64,000 bases of DNA from Octopus sinensis (GCF_006345805.1 NC_043001.1:133052001-133116000), one strand, 5' to 3'. Positions 12,471 to 26,613 are shown, numbered from the stretch's first letter. Notes: generated by a model from the sequence alone, not told the origin. Program-made: numbers and translations.

Positions 12471-12877
12471 TACTCTTTTACTTGTTTCAGTCATTTGACT
12501 GCGGCCATGCTGGAGCACCGCCTTTAGTCGAGCAAATCGACCCTGGGACTTATTCTTTGTAAGCCCAGTACTTATTCTATCGGTCTCTTTTTGCCGAACC
12601 GCTAAGTGACGGGGACGTAAACACACCAGCATCGGTTGTCAAGCAATGCTAGGGGGACAAACACAGACACACAAACACATACACTTATATATATATACAT
12701 ATATACATATATACGACAGGCTTCTTTCAGTTTCCGTCTACCAAATCCACTCACAAGGCATTGGTCGGCCCGGGGCTATAGCAGAAGACACTTGCCCAAG
12801 ATGCCACGCAGTGGGACTGAACCCGGAACCATGTGGCTGGTTAGCAAGCTACTTACCACACAGCCACTCCTGTGCCT
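12471..12877 (-). mobile_element. tRNA-derived SINE family B (~410 bp, (TAAAAGAG)n tail)
   Basis: A box TGGCTGTGTGG, B box GGTTCAGTCC, internal TA/CA microsatellite; about 10 copies in the window. Confidence 0.92.
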
Positions 12878-13530
12878 ATATGCTTATCTTTATTGAAGAA
12901 TATATAAGAATATACGCAATAAGACTTGAGAAGATTTTGCTGCAATTTCTAGAAAGTCAAGTAACCATATATTTCGTTTCTGCAGGCGTCTATACATTTT
13001 AAAAACTAATTTTCTCTGGAGGAAGGGGATGTGCCCTTGGCCTATACAGACCTTCTTAAACAGGTGAGGCCGAAGGGATTGGTGTTCATTTTGAACAAGT
13101 ACAAGTCCCGTGTCTGCAGGAAAAGATGGACATAGAGAGAATTCCAGAGGGTTTGTTTTCTGTAGAGTGAACAAGTGGTTAGTGATTGGTTTGGGGAGAG
13201 GAGAGCTGAATGAGTCGGATGCGACAGAAAGAGTGGTGGTGCATGATCAATTGAAACTGCTATAGTAGTTATAGAAAATGTAGGTACAAGATTCAACACA
13301 TCTGTGGCCCAAATGTAGGAGTATATTGAGGAACGATTTCACAATTAATCAGTTCGGTGGTCTTTTTCTCTAAATGTAGGTTAGGGTGTCTCCGTGTGTA
13401 GCAGTAGCAACACCACAGATGCGGGAACGGCACTCCGCTTCTTGTTTTGTCTTAGCTTTGTAGAGAGTAAGTAGTTGTTGGGTATTAAAGCATTTTTTAA
13501 TCATAAAAAGTAAACCACTTTCGTGAGGTG

Positions 13531-14204
13531 CAGTGGAGGCTCGTAGATAAAATTAGTCGGGGTGTTGCTTCAGAAAAGTTTTAGCCGTTGTTTTGATATT
13601 GTGTAAAAGGAAACAAACATATAAAACGAAAATTTATGCATAAACTTGATCGGGTCGCGTTTTAGCCACTGCCAGGTAGTGTATTTAATTTGTTCACTGA
13701 ACATCGCCGCGAATTACCCCTTGTTTTCCAAAAATCCCCCCTAAATCACAAAATAAAGCGGGTAAATCTGTCCTATTTCTCAAATCCTAGCAGCAACACT
13801 GTAGCTGGAAACAGGATAATAATCTAATTCTACGCTTTATCACATTCAAGAATATAAACACGTTTTTAAGCACAACACACGCGGAGTCAAAAAGAAACAC
13901 TACTTTTCACCAGCATATCACAGTCGGCACTGCGTGAACCAATGTACTCTCTCTCCCTAGCGTGCAGCTTCCTATCTCGGACATGTGTGTATGCGCAGAA
14001 AAGTCAAACACCGCGTCGCTGGAACTGTGAAGCGCACGGTTCTATACAAGGATTTTTGTATTTTTTTCATAAACTAGGGCATGGCTTAAGGATAATATAA
14101 TGTACAAGTATACAGAAAGAATTAAAGAAAAAAGGACTCATTATAGTGAATGTTATCGATAATATCGAATGGAAATAGGGGTGCTTATACACGAGCCGCC
14201 ACTG
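13531..14204 (-). mobile_element. Non-autonomous hAT element
   Basis: TIRs CAGTGG(A/C)GGCTCGT, TSD GTGAGGTG/GTGAGATG, homologous to 655-2162 without the nested inserts. Confidence 0.85.
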
Positions 14205-14879
14205 GTGAGATGCAATTTTTGCTATGTTGTTTATTTCGTATGGACACTGTTATTGCTTTCAATGTACCATTACAGCTGAAATGATCAACAGATAAAGCTG
14301 ATTGGGTCCAATGTTTTACCAAATGTATTCATACTGACATCGACCAACTTCTATAATGTTACAAATCATAAACTAACCCGACGTTGCGCCACAAGAGATA
14401 TCTATGCGCGCCACGTCACGGATTTTTGAAAAAAAATAAAATCTTTACAAAATCTATTCCAAAGACTGTTTAGTCTTAAGAAACATGTTACTACGTAAGT
14501 ATGATTAATAAGGTAAAGTAATACTTTTTCTATAATCTTTCTAAATTTTTAACTTTAAAACAGGGCGTCAATGGTTTTTAAGTTTCTGTACGGAGTGTAC
14601 AGGTGATTTTAAACTTCCCATACGATCTCTAGCGCCCTACAAAGTCAAATGGATTGAGAACCATTAAATTTATTAACCGGCCAAAAGAATTCTCCATTCA
14701 CCAATCTTGGTTTTGTCACTTGTTTTCTGTTCTGAGATCAAATCGTTTCACAATCAACATCCGTTGTTTTCCTGTTGTATTGATAAATTAGATACCAGTA
14801 ATATACTATGGGGGGGATGACTATATATCATTAACGTATATATAAGGGTACGGAGTAAAGTATATCAATAGTTAAATAA

Positions 14880-15110
14880 GGCGGCGAGCTGGCAGAAACG
14901 TTAGCACGCCGGGCGAAATGCGTGGCCGTATTTCATCTGCCGTTACGTTCTGAGTTCAAATGCCGCCGAGGTCGACTTTGCCTTTCATCCTTTCGGGGTC
15001 GATAAATTAAGTACCAGTTGCGCACTGGGGTCGATGTAATCGACTTAATCCCCTTTGTCTGTCCTTGTTTGTCCTCTCTGTGTTTAGCCCCTTGTGGGTA
15101 GTAAAGAAAT
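14880..15110 (+). mobile_element. SINE family C
   Basis: Monomer with TSD tatatcaatagttaaat. Confidence 0.9.
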
Positions 15111-17034
15111 ATATATATCAATAGTTAAATCACTCTAAAAGATTTACCAGGAGTTTTTTTTTAGAGTCATTTAATCTGTTGTGGATATTTATTCCTGGTA
15201 TTCCTACCATTTATAATGTTTTTTTCTTTTTTCAATTATTTATGTACATCAAAAGTTAATTTCTCTCGTCTTGTGAATGTGTGTGTGTGCATGCGCGCGC
15301 GCATTTGTGTGTGTGTGCACGCGCGTGTATGTGAGAGAGACTGCATTAGTCAACCTTTATGCGTATGCATTTCCAGTTGTATGAGAAGGACAACATCTAA
15401 ATTGCTTTAACAGCTACATAATGTCACGGATGTATACGATATTTTTTTATGTCTCACTATATTTTTGTCAAAGTTTACATTTTATTCAATTGCGCGCGAA
15501 TGTTGCAGTCAGTGCGTGATTAGCAAGAACAGGGGCACAGGATATTGTCCATGTCAAGTCGACAATTAAAAACAGAGTAAGCATAGTGGCAAGGGGCTGA
15601 AAGTGACAAGCGACCGGTTAAAAGAAAATAATGACAAATAAGAAAAAAAAGATTAAAAAATAAAAAAAAAAGCAAAACAAATAAACAAAAAACTGAAGAA
15701 AATAAAAATGCAGAAATGATCCACCTCAGCATTCCACATGTCTGCCAATCTTACTCTTTTATAGGTATTGATAGTAATGCTTGTAAGTTGAATAAAATAT
15801 GTATAAATTAACGGACATTAGTCAGTGGTCTTTTGCAAGACGGAGAACGTTGAGGAAATGAGTTTGCATTCTACATAAGTTTTAAGAAGCATGCATGAAC
15901 CGATACAGGTCGACTGAATTTCGTTTTGAATTTAGATTTGATTTTTTCTGAAAAAAAAAAAAAAAAAAAAAGGCAAAATGTGATTTTAGTAAATGCTCTT
16001 TTAACTTTGAATCATTTTAAAGAGACTGATAAATTGATTTATAACATGGACATATAATTTTATTATTTTAAGAATAATAAAATGAAAATCATTATTTTAA
16101 AAATGTTTGCTATAATTTAAAACGCCCTGGCTTTTGTTTTTAAAGTGCACCGCGAATTTGACACAAGGAGACGATGTCTTTTAACTTTGTGGCGGAAAAA
16201 ATAACAGCAACATGTCAATTCAACACGAAATCATTGTTTGGTGATACTTGTTCAGCCTTTTAACGAAAACCATTCACTGAAACTGTTTCGTATTAGTTTT
16301 AGATGGCATTACTATTCCGCTTGCCGTAAAGATTTTGCTTGGTAAAATCTTAAAAGCATAAATTCTATTCTTAACGCCATCTCTGAGAAATATTTTAAAG
16401 ACTGAAGAGATTGAAAAAAAAAATTCGATATAAATGAATTTTCAGAAAAGCTTAAACAAGTTTAACAGAATCACAGTTGGCTTCTCGGTATTGTTATTAT
16501 TATTTTGATATCATCTAACATGAAAATCAACTGACGATCGAAGATAATCTACATTCTTCAAATTTTGCTTCCTTCATCTTCTTTCATTTCATCTTTTTGT
16601 CTGTCGTTCTGTGAGTGTGTCTGTGTGTATGTGTGTGTGTATGTGTGTGTGTACGCGTGTGCGCGTGTGTATTTCTTTCTCAATCGCTGTCTCCCGTTTT
16701 GTGTCTGCCAAACCTGATCCCTGTAACTTTGTCTCATTCACTTTGTGTTCTGTTCTACCTATCACTTGTCTGTCACTCTCCTTTCTAACATTACCCTATT
16801 GTGTGTGAATCAACCGATCTTAAGATTGTCATCAAATGTTCAAGTTCTTGGCTTTTAACACGAATACGAAATCAAGGAAGGATGTAATTGCTACTCATTT
16901 CAAAAGTCAGAACTAAACGAATATATTATCATCTGTTACCAATACTATCCCAACACTATCAGTTGCTGGTGCTAACATTTTCCCTACCATCGATACTACC
17001 AAATTTCCAGCTTCAGCGACAACATAAATACAGC

Positions 17035-17089
17035 ATGAAGATTCAAATTTTTCTACTGTTTATTCAAGCAACAATTCTTCCTTTCAGTG
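17035..17089 (+). CDS. First coding exon (signal peptide) of a large secreted protein gene
   Basis: cagcATG at 17035 gives MKIQIFLLFIQATILPFS-G (basic n-region, hydrophobic h-region, small-residue c-region), followed by consensus donor G|GTGAGT at 17090. Phase 1 matches the acceptor at 57584/57585. Confidence 0.8.
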
Positions 17090-17402
17090 GTGAGTAAAAG
17101 AAATTATAACTCTCTGTCTTTCTCTGTCTCTCTTTCTCGCAGTCTCTCTGTCTCTCTGTCTGTCTCTCTCTCTCTCTCTGTCTCTCTCTGAAAACAGTTC
17201 AGAACTATTTTGTTTTCGTATTTTCAATTAGTTATTACTGTTGCTGTCATTATTATTACTATCATTATTTCATTTATTTAATTTAATTAAAATTTGTGAG
17301 TCACGTAGAAGTTTCTTTCTTTTAACCGAAAACAAGAAAATACACTTTTGAACAGATATATCAAATATTTAAAGTTATCGATTACATTAAGTGACCTGAA
17401 TG

Positions 17403-18140
17403 TGGTGAACTGACAGAATTGTTAGCCTGCTGGACACGATACTAAGTGATATTTCTTCCAGCTGTACGTTTTGAGTTCAAATTCCACCGAGGTCGGCTTT
17501 ACCTTTCTTCCTTTCGGGGTCGATAAATTAAGTACGGGTTGCGTGCTGGGGTCGATCTAATCGACTGGCTCCCTTCTCCAAAATTTCGCGCCTTGTGCCA
17601 AGAGTAGAAAAGAATACTTAGTGACATTTCTTCCAGCTGTACGTTCTGAGTTCAAATTTCACCGAGGTCGGCTTTACCTTTCTTCCTTTCGGGGTCGATA
17701 AATTAAGTACGGGTTGCGTGCTGGGGTCGATCTAATCGACTGGCTCCCTCCTCCAAAATTTCGCGCCTTGTGCCAAGAATAGAAAAGAATACTTAGTGAC
17801 ATTTCTTCCAACTGTACGTTCTGAGTTCAAATTTCACCGAGGTCGGCTTTACCTTTCTTCCTTTCGGGGTCGATAAATTAAGTACGGGTTGCGTGCTGGG
17901 GTCGATCTAATCGACTGGCTCCCTCCTCCAAAATTTCGGGCCTTGTGCCAAGAGTAGAAAAGAATACTTAGTGACATTTCTTCCAGCTGTACATTCTGAG
18001 TTCAAATTCCACCGAGGTCGACTTTACCTTTCATCCTTTCGGGGTCAATAAAATGAGTACTAGTTGAGCATTGGGGTCGATGTAGTCGACTAGCCCTTTC
18101 TCCAAAAATTTCAGATTAAGTACCTTTAGTAGAAAGAATT
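17403..18140 (+). mobile_element. SINE family C tandem array, 4 x 175 bp
   Basis: Unit starts at 17446, 17621, 17796, 17971. Confidence 0.9.
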
Positions 18141-18206
18141 ACATTAAGAGACTTCTCTTAATGTTTTTGTTGTTTGTCTCCAAGTCAGCCTTGATCCGGA
18201 GAAACT

Positions 18207-18630
18207 CTCTCTTTACTCTTTTACTCTTTTACTTGTTTCAGTCATTTGACTGCGGCCATGCTGGAGCACCGCCTTTAGTCGAGCAAATCGACCCCGGGAC
18301 TTATTCTTTGTAAGCCCAGTACTTATTCTATCGGTCTCTTTTGCCGAACCGCTAAGTGACACGGACGTAAACACACCAGCATCGGTTGTCAAGCAATGCT
18401 AGGGGGACAAACACAGACACACAAACACACACACACACATATATATATATATACATACATATATACGACAGGCTTCTTTCAGTTTCCGTCTACCAAATCC
18501 ACTCACAAGGCTTTGGTCGGCCCGGGGCTATAGCAGAAGACACTTTGCCCAAGGTGCCACGCAGTGGGACTGAACCCGGAACCATGTGGTTGGTTAGCAA
18601 GCTACTTACCACACAGCCACTCCTGCGCCT
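18207..18630 (-). mobile_element. SINE family B
   Basis: Full copy. Confidence 0.92.
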
Positions 18631-18760
18631 ATGGATAGATATTTCCTACCATGACCTTATATCTGGCGGGGGAAAATGTTATAAATTGCATTAAGAGAAA
18701 TCTCTAACAATATTGGTTAATCTTGTGAGATTATTTTCTACGTGGTGATGTGAATATTTA

Positions 18761-18926
18761 GGCGTGGGTGTGTGGTTGGGAAACAAGCTTCTCAGCCATG
18801 TGGCCTCGGGTTCAGTCCTAGTGCCCGTCACCTTGGGGGAAGTGTCCTCTACTATAAGCCCCCAGGGCCGGCACAAAGCAGTGTGAGTGGATTTGGTAAA
18901 CGGAATCTGAAAGAAACCAATTGCAT

Positions 18927-18972
<46 letters not shown>

Positions 18973-19200
18973 TGTGGTTGTGTGTGTGTGTGTGCGTGTG
19001 TGTGTGCGTGTGTGTTAGTGTGGTTGTGTGTGTGTATGTGTGCGTGTTAGTGTTGTGTGTGGTGTGTGTGTGTGTGTATGTTTGTGTGTGTGTGTGTGTT
19101 TTTGCCCTCCACGACCGCTTGATAACTGGGTTCAATTTGTTCGACTAAACCCTGCAAGACTGACCCCCCATCATGGCTGCAGTCCAATGATTGGGAAATT
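18761..19200 (+). mobile_element. Old SINE family B copy with expanded (TG)n
   Basis: Diverged head and tail around a TG-rich tract at 18925-19098. Confidence 0.75.
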
Positions 19201-19327
19201 AAAAGATATTTGCCAACTATAGTTACGAACATCGGAGTATTTCTTAGAGGCCTTAATCACTTTAGATTTGTAGTTAAGCTGGTAATTTCTTAAATTCTGT
19301 GCACGATAGTCTGGTTACTGGTATTCG

Positions 19328-19480
19328 TCATCATCATCATCATCATCACCACAACGATCATCGCCACCACCATCGATCACAATCATCATCACCACCATCA
19401 ACGTTGTCATCGCCTTCGTCGTCGTTGTTATCATCATTATCGTCGTCGTCATCATCATCATCATCATCATGATCATCATC
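19328..19480. repeat. Imperfect (CAT)n/(CGT)n trinucleotide repeat
   Basis: Direct reading. Confidence 0.85.
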
Positions 19481-19498
19481 AAAGACTGTAATGGATAT

Positions 19499-19914
19499 AC
19501 TCTTTACTCTTTTACTCTTTTACTTGTTTCAGTCATTTGACTGCGGCCATGCTGGAGCACCGCCTTTAGTCGAGCAAATCGACCCCAGGACTTATTCTTT
19601 GTAAGCCCAGTACTTATTCTATCGGTCTCTTTTGCCGAACCTCTAAGTGACGAGGACGTAAACACACCAGCATCCGTTGTCAAGCAATGCTAGGGGGACA
19701 AACACAGACGCACAAACATATACACACACACATACATATATATATATACATGACAGGCTTATTTCAGTTTCCGTCTACCAAATCCACTCACAAGGCATTG
19801 GTCGGCCCGGTGCTATAGCAGAAGACACTTGCCTAAGATGCCACGCAGTGGGACTGAACCCAGAACCATGTGGTTGGTAGGCAAGCTACTTACCACAAAG
19901 CCACTCCTGCGCCT
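19499..19914 (-). mobile_element. SINE family B
   Basis: Full copy. Confidence 0.92.
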
Positions 19915-20347
19915 ATCTGAACTAAATATCAAATTTTCGTTATAGAAGTTGTTTGCATTCGATTCTAAGGAATTAAGTAACAGTGACAATGAAATGATAA
20001 TTATTGTTGATTAGCATCGGTCAGTTTTATGGAGACAAATCGAAAATATAAGTGTCTCAGAAACACCCACCTGTCCTGTACTGAGAACATAGATGTAAAT
20101 TGTTTAATATTCTGGTTTGATCTAAATTTAATCATCTGAGGAGTTCCACTTCCGGGGTTGTCCCGTATTGGTTGTGGATATACTCACAGACTCAGAATAC
20201 ATCGGAGCTGATATACTATGAGGACGAATTTCATGAGAAAAAATTTGGTTGCTATATCAAGAAACTACGAAGGTGAGGTAATTCTATAGAACAGTTAGCA
20301 GCGTAACGTTCTGATATAATTTGATACGTATCTACTATAACCTATTG

Positions 20348-20712
20348 GTGGAGGCGCAATGGCCCAGTGGTTAGGGCAGCGGACTCGCGGTCATAGGATC
20401 GCGGTTTCGATTCCCAGACCGGGCGTTGTGAGTGTTTATTGAGCGAAAACACCTAAAGCTCCACGAGGCTCCGGCAGGGGATGGTGGTGATCCCTGCTGT
20501 ACTCTTTCACCACAACTTTCTCTCACTCTTATTTCCTGCTTCTGTTGTACCTTGTCACTCTCTGTGTCACGCTGAATATCCCCGAGAACTACGTTAAGGG
20601 TACACGTGTCTGTGGAGTGCTCAGCCACTTACAGGTTAATTTCACGAGCAGGCTGTTCCGTTGATTCGGATCAACCGGAACCCTCGTCGTCGTAACCGAC
20701 GGAGTGCTTCCA
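20348..20712 (+). mobile_element. SINE family A
   Basis: Copy with a ~20-bp internal deletion, TSD ataacctattg. Confidence 0.92.
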
Positions 20713-21099
20713 TCCATAACCTATTGAGGCAATTATGCGTATAAAGAAATTAGATATCTTCATAATAGTTTGGGTATGAAATACAAAATTTGTATCACAC
20801 AAACTATTATATTTAATATATCCAATTTGTTTATTCACATAATTGCCTCTATATCCGCTCAACCTGATCCCTCTTATAGCCATTCTTTACCTTGCGGAAT
20901 CAATTCCCTGTAAAGACATCGGATTCTGAGTTTGAATCTTTTGAACACTACTAATTGTCTCTGGATTTCATCTGAGTAATATATACTATAAATTATTGTG
21001 AATTTAGATTATTTTGTTAATAGAAGTATGGGTACAACTTCGATTTTCCGAAACTTTTCTTCCGAAGTCATTCCTGATCACTAATTTATACATACATAC

Positions 21100-21360
21100 A
21101 TACTACATACATACATACATACATACATACATACATGCATATATTTATATATATGTATGTATGTATGTATCCATTCGCCATGATAGATCGCTAGCCACTA
21201 GACATTCTTTATTTGCTTTCTGTGTTCCTTTTTGTGGAAGAGCGTAGGCTCGAAACGTTAAAGACTTTTTCACTTCCCGAGCGTTATACTAATACATCTG
21301 TTTGTTGTCTACACTAGCTGTCTTCGTGTTTTTTTCTTTTTTTGTGAATTCTCCCTTTAT
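21100..21360 (+). repeat. Penelope-like repeat, inverted partner at 27126-27360
   Basis: Near-identical reverse complement 5.8 kb downstream; bounded by TA/TACA tracts; carries GAAGAGCGTAGGCTCGAAACG. Confidence 0.65.
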
Positions 21361-21470
21361 GTATGTATATATATATATATACATACATACATATATACAC
21401 ACATATATATATATATATTCATATATATAAATGTATGTATGTATATATATATATACATACATACATATAT

Positions 21471-21520
<50 letters not shown>

Positions 21521-21946
21521 TATATATAAATATATATATATATGTATGTATGTATGAATCAGGAGTGGTAACTTTGGTCAGCACACTCTAAATTAAATAA
21601 ACATTAAATTTATTTAAATAATTAAATGAAATACAGGTACAAGTTCATTAACACTGGGTACCAGTAAACAAGTCTGGTGGCCACGATAATTTGTAGTTCC
21701 TGCTCGTAAATTAATGCGGATTATATGAAGTTCTGGACTATCAATATCCGGAAAATGTTTGTTGTACCTATTTCTCGAATTCTTTCCTTTAACGTATTCC
21801 GTAAAACTTATGTGATGATATCAAATAAATAACTGCCATATGATATATCATAGGTTCGTGGGGACTGTAGAGATCGTCTTAGTTGTTTCAGTGTAACTGT
21901 TGATCACGTACTAATGTCTTTCCTTGACAACTATTGTTTAGCTTCA

Positions 21947-22329
21947 GGAGGCGCAATGGCCCAGTGGTTAGGGCAGCGGACTCGCGGTCATAGGATCGCG
22001 GTTTCGATTCCCAGACCGGGCGTTGTGAGTGTTTATTGAGCGAAAACACCTAAAGCTCCACGAGGCTCCGGCAGGGGATGGTGGTGATCCCTGCTGTACT
22101 CTTTCACCACAACTTTCTCTCACTCTTACTTCCTGTTTCTGTTGTACCTGTATTTCGAAGGGCCGGCCTTGTCACTCTCTGTGTCACGCTGAATATCCCC
22201 GAGAACTACGTTAAGGGTACACATGTCTGTGGAGTGCTCAGCCACTTACACGTTAATTTCACGAGCAGGCTGTTCCGTTGATTCGGATCAACCGGAACCC
22301 TCGTCGTCGTAACCGACGGAGTGCTTCCA
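21947..22329 (+). mobile_element. SINE family A
   Basis: Full copy. Confidence 0.92.
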
Positions 22330-22864
22330 CATTGTGGTTTAGCTTCAATTAAGCCCATACATATATCATAATTATTTTGGTTTGTATTTTTGCAACAAAG
22401 TGTTCTCTGGATTACAATATCCGATGTGCCGTTTAAGATGATAAGGAGAGATTTGAGAGAAATTTATTTGGCTGCTAATGCAAGCAGGTCGAGCGACTAC
22501 TCAAGGTCTCCATCGTCCACTTCTTGTAACTTTAGTTTTTTTTCAATATTTCTGTCCACAAGTTGGCGCACTGGCATAATCATTAGCAGCCGATCAAAAT
22601 GCTTAGCGGCATTTCGTCCGTCTTTACGTTCTGAGTTAAAATTTTGCCGAGGTCAACTTTGCCTTTCATCCTTTCCGGGTCAATAAAATAAGTACCATTT
22701 GAGCATTGGGGCAAATATAATGAACTTGCTGGTCTTGTACCAAAATTTGAAACGAATATTTCTGCCAACAGAAATAGTGCATGTGCCCGATCTATTGTTA
22801 TTGTACGGTTTATGTAACTGTTTAATTGTCATTGTACGGATACATGTAACTGTTTTATTGTAAA

Positions 22865-23162
22865 CTAGCAGTATCGCCCGGCGTTGCTCGGGTTTGTAAG
22901 GGAAATAACTATATAAGCAATTTTAGGCAGTTATAGCCAAAAAATAGCAAAAAAATGCATTAAAAAATGGAAAAAAAATTTTGGTAATTTTTTTTTTTAA
23001 TCGTAGACTCATCGTAGACGCGCGCTAATACCCAGAAGGGCTCGATATGAATCACGACTATAAGATACCCGGTTTTGGTTAAACTGCACCGCAAAATGTG
23101 GGAGTAGTTAGGAATCTAAATCGTAGGAGACAGACACACAACTTCTCTTTTATATATAAAGA
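22865..23162 (-). mobile_element. Non-autonomous Helitron H1 (shorter variant)
   Basis: Reverse copy of 149-539 lacking one internal duplicated segment. Confidence 0.8.
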
Positions 23163-23432
23163 TGTAGAGATGTATGTAATGAATCTATTGCGACTTTACA
23201 GCATAAACGAGACTGTTTTATTACAACTGCTTAATTTTTATTTGTCTGTGTTATTGTGATTGTAGAGATGTGTCTGGCTATTTTAGTGTGACTGTACAGT
23301 CTGAACATGGTCGTTTTATTGTAGTTGTATAGATGTTTGTGGATGTTTAAATGTGATTGTACTGATTATAAGATATTACATTTATTGGGTTAAATGCGTA
23401 ATTGTACTGAAATGATTTTGAAATATATAAAT

Positions 23433-23819
23433 GTGGAAGCACTCCGTCGGTTACGACGACGAGGGTTCCTGTTGATCCGAATCAATGGAACAGCCTGCTC
23501 GTGAAATTAGCGTGTAAGTGGCTGAGCACTCCACAGACACGTGTACCCTTAACGTAGTTCTCGGGGATATTCAGCGTGACACAGAGAGTGACAAGGCCGG
23601 TCCTTTTGAAATACAGGTACAACAGAAACAGGAAGTAAGAGTGAGAGAAAGTTGTGGTGAAAGAGTACAGCAGGGATCACCACCATCCCCTGCCGGAGCC
23701 TCGTGGAGCTTTAGGTGTTTTCGCTCAATAAACACTCACAACGCCCGGTCTGGGAATCGAAACCACGATCCTATGACCGCGAGTCCGTTGCCCTAACCAC
23801 TGGGCCATTGCGCCTCCAC
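23433..23819 (-). mobile_element. SINE family A
   Basis: Full reverse copy, TSD aaatatataaatg. Confidence 0.92.
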
Positions 23820-24176
23820 AATATATAAATGAGTGGGATTGTGACTGTATGTTAATGATATAAAAGATTTGAGTTTAGGAAGAATTTTGAGATCAAGTTT
23901 TCAGGATGAGTGGCGTATAGATGATGATGATGTATATTGTTGTGGAACTTGGGACTTTATAGATTAAATCAAATGTCTGTAAAACCTGTTTCTTGAATTT
24001 TTATTTATATTTTACACCATTTAATAAAAAAAAAAACAATCCACACAGCATTACTAATATCTTAAGTTAAAATTGAAACTTATTAGTAACGACTGAGACG
24101 GTTGGATTTCAATGTCTGTATCCTCTATATCTCAATGTCATAACATTATGTTATCGTACGCGTATATATCATAAGT

Positions 24177-24561
24177 GTGGAGGCGCAATGGCCCAGTGGT
24201 TAGGGCAGCGGACTCGCGGTCATAGGATCGCGGTTTCGATTCCCAGACCGGGCGTTGTGAGTGTTTATTGAGCGAAAACACCTAAAGCTCCACGAGGCCC
24301 CCGGCAGGGATGGTGGTGATCCCTGCTGTACTCTTTCACCATAACTTTCTCTCACTCTTACTTCCTGTTTCTGTTGTACCTGTATTTCAAAGGGCCGGCC
24401 TTGTCACTCTCTGTGTCACGCTGAATATCCCCGAGAACTACGTTAAGGGTACACGTGTCTGTGGAGTGCTCAGCCACTTACACGTTAATTTCACGAGCAT
24501 GCTGTTCCGTTGATTCGGATCAACCGGAACCCTCATCGTCGTAACCGACGGAGTGCTTCCA
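24177..24561 (+). mobile_element. SINE family A
   Basis: Full copy, TSD atatcataagt. Confidence 0.92.
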
Positions 24562-24590
24562 TCATATCATAAGTAAATCGTGTCTTTTAA

Positions 24591-24946
24591 AGGCGCAGGC
24601 GTGGCTCTGTGGCAAAAAGTTTGCTTTCTAGCTACATGGTTCCGAGTTCAGTCCCACTCCGAGGCACCTCGAACAAGTGTCTTCTACTATAACCTCGAGC
24701 CAGCCAAAGCCTTGAGAGTGGGTCTGCTAGTCGGAACCTTAAAGAAGCTCGTCGTACATGTAAATGCGAATATATGTATGTGTGTGTTTTTGACCCCCCA
24801 CCATCGCTTGACAACCGGTGTTGGTGTGTTTAAGAGACCGATACAATAACAACCAGGCTTTACAAAAATAATAAGTACTGGGTTCGATTCATTCTACGAA
24901 AATTCTTCAAGGCGGTGCAGTCAAATGACTAAAACAAGTAAAAGAA
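24591..24946 (+). mobile_element. Old SINE family B copy
   Basis: Diverged but colinear with family B. Confidence 0.8.
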
Positions 24947-25186
24947 AAGCTAGTCAGAAAATAAGCTGTTCAAATCCACGGGAATCCTTCAAAAGGAAGT
25001 TGCGCGAGTGAGAAATGAACAGGACATCCATAGGATATCGAACTCTCATAGTTTAGGTTCCAGAATGTCACATGAATATAGATGGGTAAATTTAATGATT
25101 TCGTTTATTCTTCGAAATATCAGAAACTGAATTAAATACGTTTATTGGTCGTCATTTCACAATTAAAGAAGAAAAAAAACTTTGAT

Positions 25187-25350
25187 AGGCGCAGGAGTGG
25201 CTGTGTGGTAAGTAGCTTGCTAACCAACCACATGGTTCTGGGTTCAGTCCCACTGCGTGGCATCTTGGGCAAGTGTCTTCTGCTATAGCCCCGGGCCGAC
25301 CAATGCCTTGTGAGTGGATTTGGTAGACGGAAACTGAAAGAAGCCTGTCG

Positions 25351-25389
<39 letters not shown>

Positions 25390-25610
25390 ATTTGATTGTC
25401 TGTGTTTGTCCCCCTAGCATTGCTTGACAACCGATGCTGGTGTGCTTACGTCCCCGTCACTTAGCGGTTCGGCAAAAGAGACCGATAGAATAAGTGCTGG
25501 GCTTACAAAGAATAAGTCCCGGGGTCGAGTTGCTCGACTAAAGGCGGTGCTCCAGCATGGCCGCAGTCAAAATGACTGAAACAAGTAAAAGAGTAAAAGA
25601 GTAAAGAGTA
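25187..25610 (+). mobile_element. SINE family B
   Basis: Full copy with (TAAAAGAG)n tail. Confidence 0.92.
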
Positions 25611-26156
25611 AATGTGTTACTGAGAACGAGTCCTTGATGTTCTGTAAACACAAGGTAGTTTTTATAGTTTGTAATTGCGTCACCTCAGTTGTACTAATTG
25701 TGGAAAGATCAGCCGCAAAAGTGACATCGAGAGAAAGTGAATGCAAAAAATGTGAAGTCCCGTACAAGAAACAATGAAACATTTGACCGGAATCATTCTC
25801 CTTGGCAACCTCCCCACTCCCTGGAAGAGAAAGACGTCAAAACAGTATGAAGTTAATTGAGAATTGGGCATAAGAAAATATCACATGTTTTTCTTTAGCT
25901 CAATCTGAGCAAAACAGTAACACTAAGTCATTATTTGCTTGAGGGTCACCCATGTCATGTTTTCGTCATGTCTTGGTGATTGCGGTGAACGTCTTGTTGA
26001 TCTGGGTCAAACAAAAATGTTTGATTAGAGTTTCAGCCGTGCCCACCACAGCTTTCCTAAGGGCATGTCTTCATTGTCTTAAAAGACAGTAAATGTTTTA
26101 ATAAAAGACATTTAAAAATTCTATCATTAGATGTAATGCAAATACATCTCTTTCTT

Positions 26157-26361
26157 TCTCTCTCTTTTACTGGTTTCAGTCAATTGACTGCGGCCATTCT
26201 GGAGCACCGCCTTTAATCGAGCAACTCAACCCCGGGACTTATTCATTGTAAGCCTAGTACTTATTCTATCGGTCTCTTTTGCTGAATCGCTAAGTGACGG
26301 GGACATAAACACACCAGCATCGATTTTCAAGCAATGCTAGGGGACAAACACAAACATACAT

Positions 26362-26456
<95 letters not shown>

Positions 26457-26613
26457 TACGACGGGATTCTTTCAGTTTCCATCTACCAAATCCACTCACA
26501 AGGCTTTGGTCGGCCCGAGGCTTTAGTACAAGACACTTGCCCAAGGTACCACGCAGTGGGACTGAACCCGGAACCATGTGGTTCGTAAGCAAGCTACTTA
26601 CCACACAGCCACA
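26157..26613 (-). mobile_element. SINE family B (slightly 5'-truncated)
   Basis: Expanded internal (CA)n(TA)n. Confidence 0.9.
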
